NCBI GenBank assembly: GCA_958295485.1
Contig: OY282354.1
Location: 2,403,417 to 2,467,416 of the forward strand
Direction: 5' to 3'
Origin: an uncultured Gammaproteobacteria bacterium
GTDB taxonomy: Bacteria > Pseudomonadota > Gammaproteobacteria > Eutrophobiales > Eutrophobiaceae
DNA length: 64,000 nt
Below are positions 18,952-28,607 of the stretch, one piece after another (the stretch's first letter is position 1; every line of letters begins with the position of its first letter). The notes below the pieces were generated by a model. The model made no database searches. It was given only the letters and a program-made list of their open reading frames with translations, and was not told the DNA's origin. The position numbers and the translations under genes were made by a program.

Positions 18952-18991
18952 CCTGGTACCTCCAGCCTCTTCCGGGTACCAGGCTTTTTTT
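18952..18991 (+). terminator. Rho-independent terminator after nrdB. A second hairpin at 18998-19022 serves the convergent minus-strand gene.
   Basis: cctggtacc...gggtaccagg stem followed by ttttttta. Confidence 0.65.
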
Positions 18992-19006
18992 ATTCTGAAA
19001 AAGGGG

Positions 19007-19633
19007 TCAGCGCCTGACTCCTTTTTGCAAGAGTGTCTCAGCGGGAATGCTGCCAAGGGTCATTGCCCGCTTCAGCGCCCCCAGGTTGTCCACGCAGACA
19101 CAGGCAATTCGCTTTATGTTTGTTCTTTCGATCATCTCCGGAAAATACCCATCCAGGTAACCTGATTCAACAAGCTCATTCACGTCGGATGTCTTATTAA
19201 TTACGGACTTGATCAAGATTAATGCTTGTGCATTTATTTCCTTTGCAAACCACAACGCCAGACTGTCGGATGTAACCTGCCAACCCACGGGAATATCAGG
19301 CTGTCCATCAAGAAGTTTACCGGGAAGCCAGACAGGAACTGCCGCTTTTTTGTTTACGACGTCATTGATTTCGTCTATGGCAACAATGGGATGCAGATTC
19401 GAATTCAGCTTGCATAGTACCCCGGCATATTGCTCCATGGCATGTATGGCCATCACCTGGGCAGTCACGTCGTCCAGTTTAAATTCAGCCTGCCTGGCTC
19501 GAACGCGATCGGCAAACCGCCCGCCACCGGGAACAATGACGATATTCGACTGTCCGTAGTCCGCGAGCAGGCCCAACAATTCATGTATCCTGGGCGAACT
19601 CTCCAGGCTTCCGCCAACCTTGACTACCCACAT
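19007..19633 (-). CDS. Amino-acid-kinase-fold protein (aspartate/glutamate/uridylate kinase family), associated with the H4MPT island
   Basis: Start at MWVVKVGGSL (M18 of the ORF). Located immediately downstream of pabB in the H4MPT island. Confidence 0.65.
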   Translation of the reverse strand: MWVVKVGGSLESSPRIHELLGLLADYGQSNIVIVPGGGRFADRVRARQAEFKLDDVTAQVMAIHAMEQYAGVLCKLNSNLHPIVAIDEINDVVNKKAAVPVWLPGKLLDGQPDIPVGWQVTSDSLALWFAKEINAQALILIKSVINKTSDVNELVESGYLDGYFPEMIERTNIKRIACVCVDNLGALKRAMTLGSIPAETLLQKGVRR

Positions 19634-19640
19634 GAGGCAA

Positions 19641-21029
19641 TCAGCGCGCGCCCTGCTGAGAAACGCGGGCTGATTTATTTTCAAACAGCCGCATTATTGC
19701 AGCAGCCTTTTCAAAACACTCCTGGTATTCATTATCAAGCGCGGAATCGGCAACTATCCCCCCACCTGCCCAAAAATAAACCCTGTCATTACGATGGACC
19801 AAGGTGCGTATCGCAATATTGGTATCCATATTTCCGTCAAATCCAATATAACCGATGGCGCCGCAATAGATGGTTCTGCGAAAAGTTTCCAGTTCTTCAA
19901 TAATCTCCATGGCGCGAAGTTTCGGCGCGCCGGTTATGGAGCCTCCCGGAAAGGCGCCCCTTAACAGGTCGATCGCATGTCTGCCACGCGCCAGCCGGCC
20001 GGTAACGGTACTGACCAGGTGATGCACGGTGGCAAAACTTTCCAACGCGAATAATTTGGGTACCGCCACGCTCCCGATTTCACAATTTTTGCCAATATCA
20101 TTTCTGATAAGGTCAACGATCATCAGATTCTCGGCCCGGTCCTTCCCGCTTTCCAATAATTGCTCGGCAAGGGCCTTGTCTTCATAGGCATAAGCAGAAC
20201 GTCTTATAGTGCCCTTGATTGGTTTCGTTTCCACCTGCCCATGAACAACGGAGATAAACCGCTCCGGCGATGAACTCAGTATGCAACCTTGTTCGAGTCG
20301 AAAAAAACAGGCAAACGGCGCCGGATTATTTTTTCTTAATTGTTGATAAATATTCCATGGGTCGCCTTTAACGTCAACGCTGAACCGCTGGGCCAGGTTG
20401 ACCTGGTAGCAATCACCGTCACGGATGTATTGTTTAATCCTGTTAAAGGAATTTGAATACTGCTCTTTAGTCGTATGGCTGAGCAATCGCGATTGAACGG
20501 AATATTTTGGCAGCTGCGTCGTGTTCTCATTCGAAAACAAATCCTGCAAGTCCTTCCAGCCATCACTGGTATGATTGGATTTATCCGCGGAAATCAACCA
20601 GGTCCTCCTTTTATGATGGTCAACGACCACCGCCCAATCATACAAACCTATCGCCATCTCCGGCATCTTGACATCATCCCGCGCAATATCGGGCAATTGC
20701 TCTATACGGCGGCCCAAGTCATAGGAAAAATACCCGGATGCCCCACCGGAAAAAGGGAACCCGGATAAATTGGTCCGCCGCTCGCCCAGGTAGCGTTTGA
20801 CCAGGGAAAACGGATCTTCATTCGAATATTCTACATTTTCACTGTCGGTTATCCTGGTCTCATTGCCATAGGTGACAAAGGTCATGTAAGGACGGGCGGT
20901 CATGATGTCATAGCGGCCGCTGTCAATGGCGGGATAGCCGCTATCTAAAAATATGCTCCATGGTTCGGCGGCGATATTATTGAATAGCAGCGTCGAATTT
21001 CGAGAGTAACCAAGCTCGACTAATTTCAT
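19641..21029 (-). CDS. pabB: Aminodeoxychorismate synthase component I-like chorismate-binding enzyme (pABA branch feeding H4MPT)
   Basis: Start MKLVELGY overlaps the upstream gene stop (ATGA). Chorismate-binding C-terminal motifs FPGGSITGAPK and GAIGYIG. Confidence 0.8.
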   Translation of the reverse strand: MKLVELGYSRNSTLLFNNIAAEPWSIFLDSGYPAIDSGRYDIMTARPYMTFVTYGNETRITDSENVEYSNEDPFSLVKRYLGERRTNLSGFPFSGGASGYFSYDLGRRIEQLPDIARDDVKMPEMAIGLYDWAVVVDHHKRRTWLISADKSNHTSDGWKDLQDLFSNENTTQLPKYSVQSRLLSHTTKEQYSNSFNRIKQYIRDGDCYQVNLAQRFSVDVKGDPWNIYQQLRKNNPAPFACFFRLEQGCILSSSPERFISVVHGQVETKPIKGTIRRSAYAYEDKALAEQLLESGKDRAENLMIVDLIRNDIGKNCEIGSVAVPKLFALESFATVHHLVSTVTGRLARGRHAIDLLRGAFPGGSITGAPKLRAMEIIEELETFRRTIYCGAIGYIGFDGNMDTNIAIRTLVHRNDRVYFWAGGGIVADSALDNEYQECFEKAAAIMRLFENKSARVSQQGAR

Positions 21030-22081
21030 CGATTTATCGCCATTCTGGTCAATTGCGCTACCGCCACTGCCGTTGCGCAATTATTAACGCCGTGTAATTT
21101 TCTATCCGATAACCGTAGCAAGTCTTCAAAACCAACCATGTCACAGTCATGTTTTTTTGCCAGTTTCTCAATAATGAACCGACCCGCCCCGGCAGCCACG
21201 ATTTTACCAGTGAGCGTCTCCCCGCGCCTGGTTCTCAGGCTCATGAAGGCCTTATCTATCTTTTCAAATTGTTTATCTGCTATATGGTTCGCCACCTTCA
21301 ACCAGGGGGTCATATCATCGTTCCTGTTATAATCCGTCCCCAACATCCTCGCCAACCGCTTTACACTATCGTACCTGGTTTTACCACCCCCGTCAGTCGC
21401 CGGCATCAAATCAAAATCTTCGTTTAATTCACCGGTTATTCGATAAACATCCGCCATGGTAGCAAAATACTCCGCCGCTATCGACTGCCACACATTTTTA
21501 TACGGCAAACGCTCGATAATCGCCATAACGGGCGTTCTCACGATGCCTGTATAGACAAGCTCACCAGTCTGCATCCTTTCCTGGTCCGAATAACCACGAC
21601 TACATACCCGCTCAGTATCGAAGGGGATGAGATCAGTGGTAGTAGTGCCTATATCAATCAAGACGCCCGAGTCCATACATTTGGCGACAAAGGCTGCGGT
21701 TGCATGCCAGTTGGCCGAGGCGATTTCTTCATGACAGGTCGCCACCCGGTCAGGAGCTATCATTCCTTTTGCGCCCGCGTAGACATACAGCGGATTTATC
21801 CGGCCAAGCCTGGCCGACATATAGTCAACCAGCTGCATCACGCCTTCCTTGCGCCCCGGAAAATAATCAACCAGCTCACCGGTCATGGTCAGGGCGTGAA
21901 TACAGTTACCGGGGTCTATTGTATCGACCATATGGCTTACAGGGTCGTCCAGGGTATCGATACCCTGCCATAAGGGCGTAGCAAACTGGCGCAGGGTGGT
22001 CAATACGCCATTTTTATCCAATCGGGCGATTTTTAAATGCGCCCCCCCGATATCCCATCCTGTATAATTATCTGCCGGCAC
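21026..22081 (-). CDS. H4MPT-linked C1-transfer pathway protein (hydantoinase/oxoprolinase-like fold)
   Basis: 351 aa, N-terminus MPADNYTGWDIGGAHLKIAR typical of this family. Confidence 0.7.
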   Translation of the reverse strand: MPADNYTGWDIGGAHLKIARLDKNGVLTTLRQFATPLWQGIDTLDDPVSHMVDTIDPGNCIHALTMTGELVDYFPGRKEGVMQLVDYMSARLGRINPLYVYAGAKGMIAPDRVATCHEEIASANWHATAAFVAKCMDSGVLIDIGTTTTDLIPFDTERVCSRGYSDQERMQTGELVYTGIVRTPVMAIIERLPYKNVWQSIAAEYFATMADVYRITGELNEDFDLMPATDGGGKTRYDSVKRLARMLGTDYNRNDDMTPWLKVANHIADKQFEKIDKAFMSLRTRRGETLTGKIVAAGAGRFIIEKLAKKHDCDMVGFEDLLRLSDRKLHGVNNCATAVAVAQLTRMAINR

Positions 22082-22106
22082 GTTTCATATCACCTGGATT
22101 CGGATT

Positions 22107-22853
22107 ATGCACATTATCCCCGTCATTGACCTGAAAAACGGTCAAGTGGTACTTGCCAGGCAGGGCAAAAGGCGATTATATCAGCCATTATCCACGCCGC
22201 TTTGTTCCGAACCGGACATATTGGCGGCAACCAGGGCCTATTTGTCCGTATTCGCATTCAGGACTTTTTATATCGCCGACCTCAATGCCATTGAAAATAA
22301 TGGCAATAACCACTCCACCATTACCCGAATGTTGGAGACGTTCACTGGTATCAAGTTATGGATAGACGCCGGCCTTGACCCATTCATAAAAGCAAGGTCC
22401 CAGCCATTCCATGACCGCGTCAGCAATGTATTGGGCTCGGAAACAAACATTTCCCCTGAACAAGTATACGACCACATGCAAGCAGCGGATTGTATTTTAT
22501 CATTGGACTTTGATGACCGCGGCTTTCTTGGCAATGAAGAAATACTGAAGCGCGTCTTATCGCCGCCTTTACCGATATTGCCGAAACGACTCATCATCAT
22601 GTCCCTGGCGTGCGTGGGCAGGAACGCCGGGCCTGACCTGGACCGGGTCGGCCACGTCATGAATAGATTACGGGGGAACAAATTACCCGGCAAACAAGCC
22701 GGCGCCCGGGTTTACGCCGGGGGCGGGGTGCGCAATTTGGATGACTTGACCGCGCTCGCCGGCCGGGGCGTTTACGGCGCGCTCCTCGCCTCATCATTGC
22801 ACAACAAGGCGATCACTTCCAAAGACTTGATGAGCTTGAAGCGCGCAGTGTGA
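22107..22853 (+). CDS. HisA/HisF-family (beta/alpha)8-barrel protein of the H4MPT island
   Basis: MHIIPVIDLKNGQVVLARQG start. Confidence 0.7.
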   Translation: MHIIPVIDLKNGQVVLARQGKRRLYQPLSTPLCSEPDILAATRAYLSVFAFRTFYIADLNAIENNGNNHSTITRMLETFTGIKLWIDAGLDPFIKARSQPFHDRVSNVLGSETNISPEQVYDHMQAADCILSLDFDDRGFLGNEEILKRVLSPPLPILPKRLIIMSLACVGRNAGPDLDRVGHVMNRLRGNKLPGKQAGARVYAGGGVRNLDDLTALAGRGVYGALLASSLHNKAITSKDLMSLKRAV

Positions 22854-22898
22854 AGTTCCACACCGCCTTTTCTCACTTCAAACTGACGCTTTCATATG

Positions 22899-22933
22899 AA
22901 AACCCCGGCTTGTTATCACCGGGGTTGTTCGTT
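22899..22933. terminator. Bidirectional terminator between convergent HisA-like gene and fae
   Basis: ccccggcttgttatcaccgggg hairpin flanked by A/T runs on both sides. Confidence 0.6.
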
Positions 22934-22954
22934 CTGGTTATACTGGAAGCGCCG

Positions 22955-23467
22955 TTATGAGTGAGCCTGAAAAGGATGGTCCGCATCCCCGCGCTTACTC
23001 AAAACCTCAGACGCCTTGGGCTCGCGCGCCACGGCGCGTTTGATTGACAACTTCGTGGCTTCGTAATTGTAATCCTGTATTTTTGCGTCATCCTCGGCCA
23101 ACCAATGGATGAATACACCAACGCATATGAAGATGTCATCCGCTTCATCAGCAGGAATGGTGCCGTCTTCAACGCAATCCATTACCGCCATTGACACTGC
23201 ACGTTGAGCCGGACCGAACATTTGCACGGCTTGTTGCGCGCCTTTGATGGTAACTTTGTTAAACATAACCGTAGTTGGTTTACATGCCAGGTTTGGCGAT
23301 ACCACAGCCAGCAGAGATGTAAAACCATCTTTATTATTAGTAAGCGCATTGCATGCCGCAGATTCTGCCGCACTCCCGCGAGGGCCCATAATCAAGTCGA
23401 TATGCGCAACCTCATTGCCATCTCCGGTTAATGCCTCACCAACGAGTACTCTATCAATGACTGCCAT
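22955..23467 (-). CDS. fae: Formaldehyde-activating enzyme
   Basis: 170 aa from [43 protein letters not shown]; near-identical motif order to known Fae. The upstream 18 ORF codons were discarded. Confidence 0.95.
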   Translation of the reverse strand: MAVIDRVLVGEALTGDGNEVAHIDLIMGPRGSAAESAACNALTNNKDGFTSLLAVVSPNLACKPTTVMFNKVTIKGAQQAVQMFGPAQRAVSMAVMDCVEDGTIPADEADDIFICVGVFIHWLAEDDAKIQDYNYEATKLSIKRAVAREPKASEVLSKRGDADHPFQAHS

Positions 23468-23583
23468 CTTACTACCTCCTCCTGTCAGGACGTTTTTAAT
23501 TTTGTTTAATAGTTTAAACATGAAACAATTTTATCGAACAAGCGCCTAAGTAAAATAATCAAACCGCGAGAATAAACCACGAC

Positions 23584-24435
23584 TTACCTGGCGCCAAGTT
23601 GGTACAACAACAAGCTTGCTGCGGTTAAATCTGCACACGCGCCCGGGTTTATACCCGAATCTTTAAGCTCCTTATCAAATTCCAGCAGCATATCCACGGC
23701 GCTGTCCGGATTATTATATTTATCAAACAGCTTTAATACGGGAACTGTCTTTCTTTGTATCTGTTCCGCAATGGCATTACCGTGTTTTCTCCGGATATGG
23801 GAGTCCGGAAAATTTGCCATATACGTAAGATAGCAAACAACGCCCGCCCATTCTACACTATTCCAACGATTATCATAGACCCGTAAACATTTTACCCCGA
23901 TGTCAACGACTTCCCGATAACCGTTCGCGTATTGCAGGGCAATAAGATCTCGCTCTTTCGCCGCCTGCATAGCTGAATAAACATCAATCCCTCCGGTATC
24001 CATGATGGCGTTCACGTCATATTTTGCAACCTTTCCAAGACCAGCCGGCTTAGCCAAACGAATGGCGGCAAAGATGTCATTCGCCTCACTTTCATCCAGT
24101 GAAGTCAGAATTGATTTAACTGAATCTCGAAAATTACCCGGAGAATTACCCTGTTCAAATACCTTGATGATGGGCGCCATGAGTAATAACATACCCAAAT
24201 TGGTATTGCAATTAACCGCATCGAAGGTGGCTTCAACGCTTCGCAAAATCCTGTTGCCGAGACTGAGCTCGCGATTACACAGGATAGGAGTGACTCGCTC
24301 TGCGCTTTTGACGAAATCCTCATATCTCATACCATGACCAGCGCCGTAGCGACTGACGTTTCCCGGCTTTAACGCATTGATTTCACAAATAAAACAATCA
24401 TAAACAAGCTGGGGTAAATCAACTCGCGCAGACAT
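23584..24435 (-). CDS. Triphosphoribosyl-dephospho-CoA synthase (CitG/MdcB)-like protein of the H4MPT island
   Basis: Start MSARVDLPQLVYD (M101 of the ORF); 284 aa, consistent with CitG family size. Confidence 0.65.
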   Translation of the reverse strand: MSARVDLPQLVYDCFICEINALKPGNVSRYGAGHGMRYEDFVKSAERVTPILCNRELSLGNRILRSVEATFDAVNCNTNLGMLLLMAPIIKVFEQGNSPGNFRDSVKSILTSLDESEANDIFAAIRLAKPAGLGKVAKYDVNAIMDTGGIDVYSAMQAAKERDLIALQYANGYREVVDIGVKCLRVYDNRWNSVEWAGVVCYLTYMANFPDSHIRRKHGNAIAEQIQRKTVPVLKLFDKYNNPDSAVDMLLEFDKELKDSGINPGACADLTAASLLLYQLGAR

Positions 24436-24451
24436 GGAAATTTTGCCGTCT

Positions 24452-25447
24452 TCAGCTGAAGACGCTGGTGAATGATCGATGCAAAATCGGCAAATCGACT
24501 TTTCCGGCATGAAACGAACGACCTGTCCTGACTGAACTGACGGTAACGCGCGCCGGGCTGAACAACATCGGGTCAATTCGATAAAAATCATAGCCGGCGT
24601 CTTTGAACACCTCGGCAAAGGGCTTGCCATAGTCTTTTGACGCGCTACTGGGTAAATCCTCAGCCAATTTCCCGGCTTCATCATCGCCGGCATCGACAAA
24701 GAGATGCACTTGTCCGGCAAAAAAAATCGCATCATTGGCGCGACTCATGGCCGTCAAAAAATCAGGGGCGGGCGGGCATAATGGCGCGCTTCCTATACCA
24801 TCCACGATTTTTTCCAGGGGAAAATGCAAGGCATGGGCCTTGTGCAGCGCGGTCTCCAATACCCGGGCGATAATCTGCACGGCGCCGGCCAGGCTCGATG
24901 TCGGGGTCAGGATGAGCGTGAGGTTTTCAGGTTCTATCTGACACTCGTTGGCAATTTCATCGGCAATTTCAACCGGTGGGATTGTATCGACTTCCAGGAC
25001 CAGGCACGTTCTATCCGCTTTGTCACGATAGCCGATTTCATCAAAAAGCGACTCTTTACTTCCCAGGGCCCGGGCCGGGCCGGAGCCCAAGGCATTGAAC
25101 GCCCTTTTTCCTTTGCCATGGGACAGACTCCAGCCGGCATATTGACTGGCTAAACAGGCAATCACGGGATTAGCGGTATGCACGTCCACGTGCCACGACC
25201 AGTTTTCATAGTTCGTTGAAGCGCGCAATTTCACTGTCCCCAGTCCTGCAAGACAGATTTCAGCGATTCGTCTGCCGGCTTCAAAGCTGCCCCTGCCGTC
25301 GATGCCCGCATCGATCAACACACATCCATTCAGGGCGCGGCTTATTTTTATGTCGAGGTGGTTTGAAAATGCAATTAACTCGTCTAATCCGGGTATTACA
25401 GAATGATTAATGCTCAGGTCCGTTTTTTTCATATCGAAAGTTATCAT
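24452..25447 (-). CDS. mch: Methenyl-H4MPT cyclohydrolase
   Basis: 331 aa with ...IDAGIDGRGSFEAGRRIAEICLAGLGTV... region typical of Mch. Confidence 0.85.
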   Translation of the reverse strand: MITFDMKKTDLSINHSVIPGLDELIAFSNHLDIKISRALNGCVLIDAGIDGRGSFEAGRRIAEICLAGLGTVKLRASTNYENWSWHVDVHTANPVIACLASQYAGWSLSHGKGKRAFNALGSGPARALGSKESLFDEIGYRDKADRTCLVLEVDTIPPVEIADEIANECQIEPENLTLILTPTSSLAGAVQIIARVLETALHKAHALHFPLEKIVDGIGSAPLCPPAPDFLTAMSRANDAIFFAGQVHLFVDAGDDEAGKLAEDLPSSASKDYGKPFAEVFKDAGYDFYRIDPMLFSPARVTVSSVRTGRSFHAGKVDLPILHRSFTSVFS

Positions 25448-25515
25448 ATCAATTCATCTGATAACCCGCATCTTCAAAATCAAAAGTACCGGCATGACGG
25501 GAGACAGCAACCCCG

Positions 25516-26514
25516 TCATCCGCCCCTTGTTTTCTGTCTTCTGATCCGGGTCTTGTTGTTTTCTGCTTCCGTCAGTTGCAGCCTGACAGTATTATTTTCA
25601 CCTGACTGTTTATTAAAATTATCCATGGCTTCAATTGCAGATTTTTTATCCGGGAATATGGCAAATCCGGTCGGCCCCCAGGATGTCTGGCCTCCCCCCG
25701 TCGCCTTGTTTTCCAGCAGGAACTCAATCGCGCTCTTGACATTTTTACTGGAAAACAGGCCTCCCTGGGCCCTTTCAAAATACTCGCCGCACCTTGTCTG
25801 GATCCTGTTTATGGATCGACCAAACTGGTTACAATCCTTTTCTATAATCCCCGGCAGCGTCTGCATCAACACCAGCCGGCAAATTTCCCCGGCAACCTGG
25901 CAGGATATATCCGGCAAGGCCTTGAATGCTTCGAGTTCTCCCCAGCCGCTGATACCTTCAGCTTGTTCATCGAAAACCAGAACAAACCGCCATTCCTCGG
26001 GAAAATCATAGTGGGAGATGAGCGTCGGCAGCGGCCGCCCATCACCTCTACCGCTATCCAATATGAACCCACCATGCTTGAATACCCCTATGCCTATACC
26101 GGAACGCCGGCCCCTGCCGGTCGCAATGGCGATGTCCTCAACGCCGGCATCGATCCCATATAAGGAGGTAATGGCAATACCCAGCGCCAGTGACATTTGC
26201 GTGCCGGAACCCAGGCCCTGATGCCGGGGGGGACAGGATTCCACTTCGATTTCGACCCCTGAATTAATCTGAAAATAGTCCAGGATGGTTGCCGCGATTT
26301 GGGCGATATATTCGTTATCCGCGCCATTAATTTCGCTGCCCCTGATTTGATTGCCGCGGCTGACGTTCACTACCGTAGACAAGCCTTTCACCCCCACGCC
26401 TATGCTGCCAAATCGTCTTTCCAACCCACCGTTCAAATCCAGAAACCCCAGGTGCAGGCGAGCCGCAGCGGCAACCCTCACTGACTCAACAGGACTGGTG
26501 TATTTTTGTGACAT
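25516..26514 (-). CDS. mptG: Beta-ribofuranosylaminobenzene 5'-phosphate synthase (GHMP-kinase fold)
   Basis: Start MSQKYTSPVESVRV; GHMP motif PRHQGLGSGTQMSLA. Confidence 0.8.
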   Translation of the reverse strand: MSQKYTSPVESVRVAAAARLHLGFLDLNGGLERRFGSIGVGVKGLSTVVNVSRGNQIRGSEINGADNEYIAQIAATILDYFQINSGVEIEVESCPPRHQGLGSGTQMSLALGIAITSLYGIDAGVEDIAIATGRGRRSGIGIGVFKHGGFILDSGRGDGRPLPTLISHYDFPEEWRFVLVFDEQAEGISGWGELEAFKALPDISCQVAGEICRLVLMQTLPGIIEKDCNQFGRSINRIQTRCGEYFERAQGGLFSSKNVKSAIEFLLENKATGGGQTSWGPTGFAIFPDKKSAIEAMDNFNKQSGENNTVRLQLTEAENNKTRIRRQKTRGG

Positions 26515-26780
26515 CTTCAAGACCACATATAAACCTGTAAAACATTGTTGCCTGACTTGTTCACGGTTCAAACAAAACCTCCCCAACCTTGCAACTGCGT
26601 ATTATGCCATGTAAATTCCTGTTCTCACCACGCAAAAATCACGAAGCGTCCCAAATTGCGATTTGACGATTATTATTGAAAGTGGTTTAATTATGCGGGA
26701 ATTGCGGACGTTGGCGCTGGCATGTGTCCCTTCACACTATCCGATCATAATTTTACGTTGCATTGCAACGGGGTTGATAT

Positions 26781-27125
26781 ATGCCAGAAACCATGTTGTT
26801 AGTACCAGGGCGTTCCAGCAAGCAGGGAACCTCTCTCAATAAAGGGAAGTTCGAGGACGAATACCAGGAAATTACTTCCCTGGTTGAAATGAACGAAGAA
26901 GACATGGTTCGCCTTGGGTTCAATAACGGCGACAAGCTGCGCCTGAAGAATCCTGTCGGTGAGACCATCGTTACTTGCAAGTCCAAAAAGGCCACTGACC
27001 TGCCCCATGGGATGATCTTCATTGCATACGGCCCCGGTTCCAGCCGATTAATGGAAAGTGACACTGCCGGCAGCGGTATGCCCTTGTCAAAACATCTCCC
27101 TGTTCAGGTTGAAAAAATCGGTTAG
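26781..27125 (+). CDS. FwdD-like molybdopterin-dinucleotide-binding (MopB C-terminal) domain protein preceding fhcB
   Basis: 114 aa, GETIVTCKSKKATDLPHGMIFIAYGP beta-barrel domain signature; RBS GGGG before ATG. Confidence 0.6.
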   Translation: MPETMLLVPGRSSKQGTSLNKGKFEDEYQEITSLVEMNEEDMVRLGFNNGDKLRLKNPVGETIVTCKSKKATDLPHGMIFIAYGPGSSRLMESDTAGSGMPLSKHLPVQVEKIG

Positions 27126-27157
27126 AATAATTATTTGAATCCTGAGGAAACGACGTG

Positions 27158-28534
27158 ATGAGCGGTGAAAATGTCAAAATTGTGGAAAATGCTACCTGCA
27201 CCTTCTGTGGTTGCGTCTGTGACGACATGGTCCTGACGGTGGACCTGGATCAAAAACGCATTACCAAGGCGAAAAATGCCTGCATACTCGGCCGGGCCTG
27301 GTACGCGGAACATTACATAGAAGAAGACGCTCCCGCAGCCATGATAGATGGCAAGCCCGCGTCCATTGACGAGGCGGTGGAAGAAGCCGCTAAAACGCTG
27401 GTCGATGCCAAATTCCCCATCACTTATGGTCTCAGCGATACCACCTGTGAGGCGCAAAAACAGGCCGTTGCCATTGCGGATATCATCAAGGGCAGCATCG
27501 ATACCACCACTTCAGTCTGCCATGGCCCTTCCGGCATCGCCTTTCAAGGGGTTGGTGAGAGCACCATGACCCTGGGTGAGGTGAAAAATCGCGCCGACCT
27601 GGTCATCTACTGGGGTGGGAATCCGGCCGAGTCCCATCCAAGGCATTTCGGTCGTTATGCGGTCACCGCCAAGGGAATGTTCACGCCCCGCGGTAAAAAA
27701 GATCGTACCGTCGTGGTTGTCGACGTCCGCAAAACACCCAGCGTTCCCGCCGCCAACCAGTTTATCCAGGTAAAACCGGGCAAGGATTTCGAATTGTTAT
27801 GGGCCTTGCGCGCATTGGTTAAAAACCGGAAGATCTCCCCCAATATCGAGGAGATTACCGGGGTCAGCCTGGAAACCATCCAGGCGCTGGTCGATAAAAT
27901 GAAAAACTGCCGCTACGGCGCGTTATTTTTCGGCATGGGCCTGACCATGACCCGGGGCAGACATTTTAATTCGGGCGCCCTGATAGCGCTGGCGACCGAC
28001 CTGAATGAATATACCCATTTTGTCGCGAAACCCGTCCGTGGTCATGGCAACGTAACCGGCGCAGACAACGTCATGTCCTGGCAGACCGGTTATCCTTTCG
28101 GGGTCAATTTCAGCCGCGGTTTTCCCCGTTTCAACCCGGGCGAGTTCACTACGGTGGACCTGCTGGCAAAGAAAGACGTCGATGCCGCCCTGATCATTGC
28201 CAGCGACCCCGCCTCCAACTTTCCCCAGGCGGCGATTGACCACCTGGCCGGCATCCCGGTCGTGTCACTGGATACCAAGGCAACCATGACCAGCAAGCTG
28301 GCGCACGTGGCGTTTCGAACCGCCACCTACGGCATCAATACGGCCGGCACCGTGTATCGAATGGATGACGTGCCCATCACGTTGCGCAAGGCGTTTGATT
28401 CGCCCTTCCCTACCGATGAGGAAATTCTCACGGCCATTAAAAAACGCGTGCGAGCGCTGAAATTCCCAAAGAACCAGGCCGGAGACAAAGTCCCTCCCGG
28501 GAGGGCGTCGCAAAAGGAACATTGGAAACATTAA
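27158..28534 (+). CDS. fhcB: Formyltransferase/hydrolase complex subunit B (FwdB homologue)
   Basis: N-terminal CTFCGCVCDD Cys motif; AGGA 9 nt upstream. Confidence 0.85.
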   Translation: MSGENVKIVENATCTFCGCVCDDMVLTVDLDQKRITKAKNACILGRAWYAEHYIEEDAPAAMIDGKPASIDEAVEEAAKTLVDAKFPITYGLSDTTCEAQKQAVAIADIIKGSIDTTTSVCHGPSGIAFQGVGESTMTLGEVKNRADLVIYWGGNPAESHPRHFGRYAVTAKGMFTPRGKKDRTVVVVDVRKTPSVPAANQFIQVKPGKDFELLWALRALVKNRKISPNIEEITGVSLETIQALVDKMKNCRYGALFFGMGLTMTRGRHFNSGALIALATDLNEYTHFVAKPVRGHGNVTGADNVMSWQTGYPFGVNFSRGFPRFNPGEFTTVDLLAKKDVDAALIIASDPASNFPQAAIDHLAGIPVVSLDTKATMTSKLAHVAFRTATYGINTAGTVYRMDDVPITLRKAFDSPFPTDEEILTAIKKRVRALKFPKNQAGDKVPPGRASQKEHWKH

Positions 28535-28607
28535 CCCCGCAGGGGCAGGCCCCGCGCCTGCCCTGAGTCGCGCCGCGATAACAACAAGAAAAAACAGACA
28601 TGCAGAC

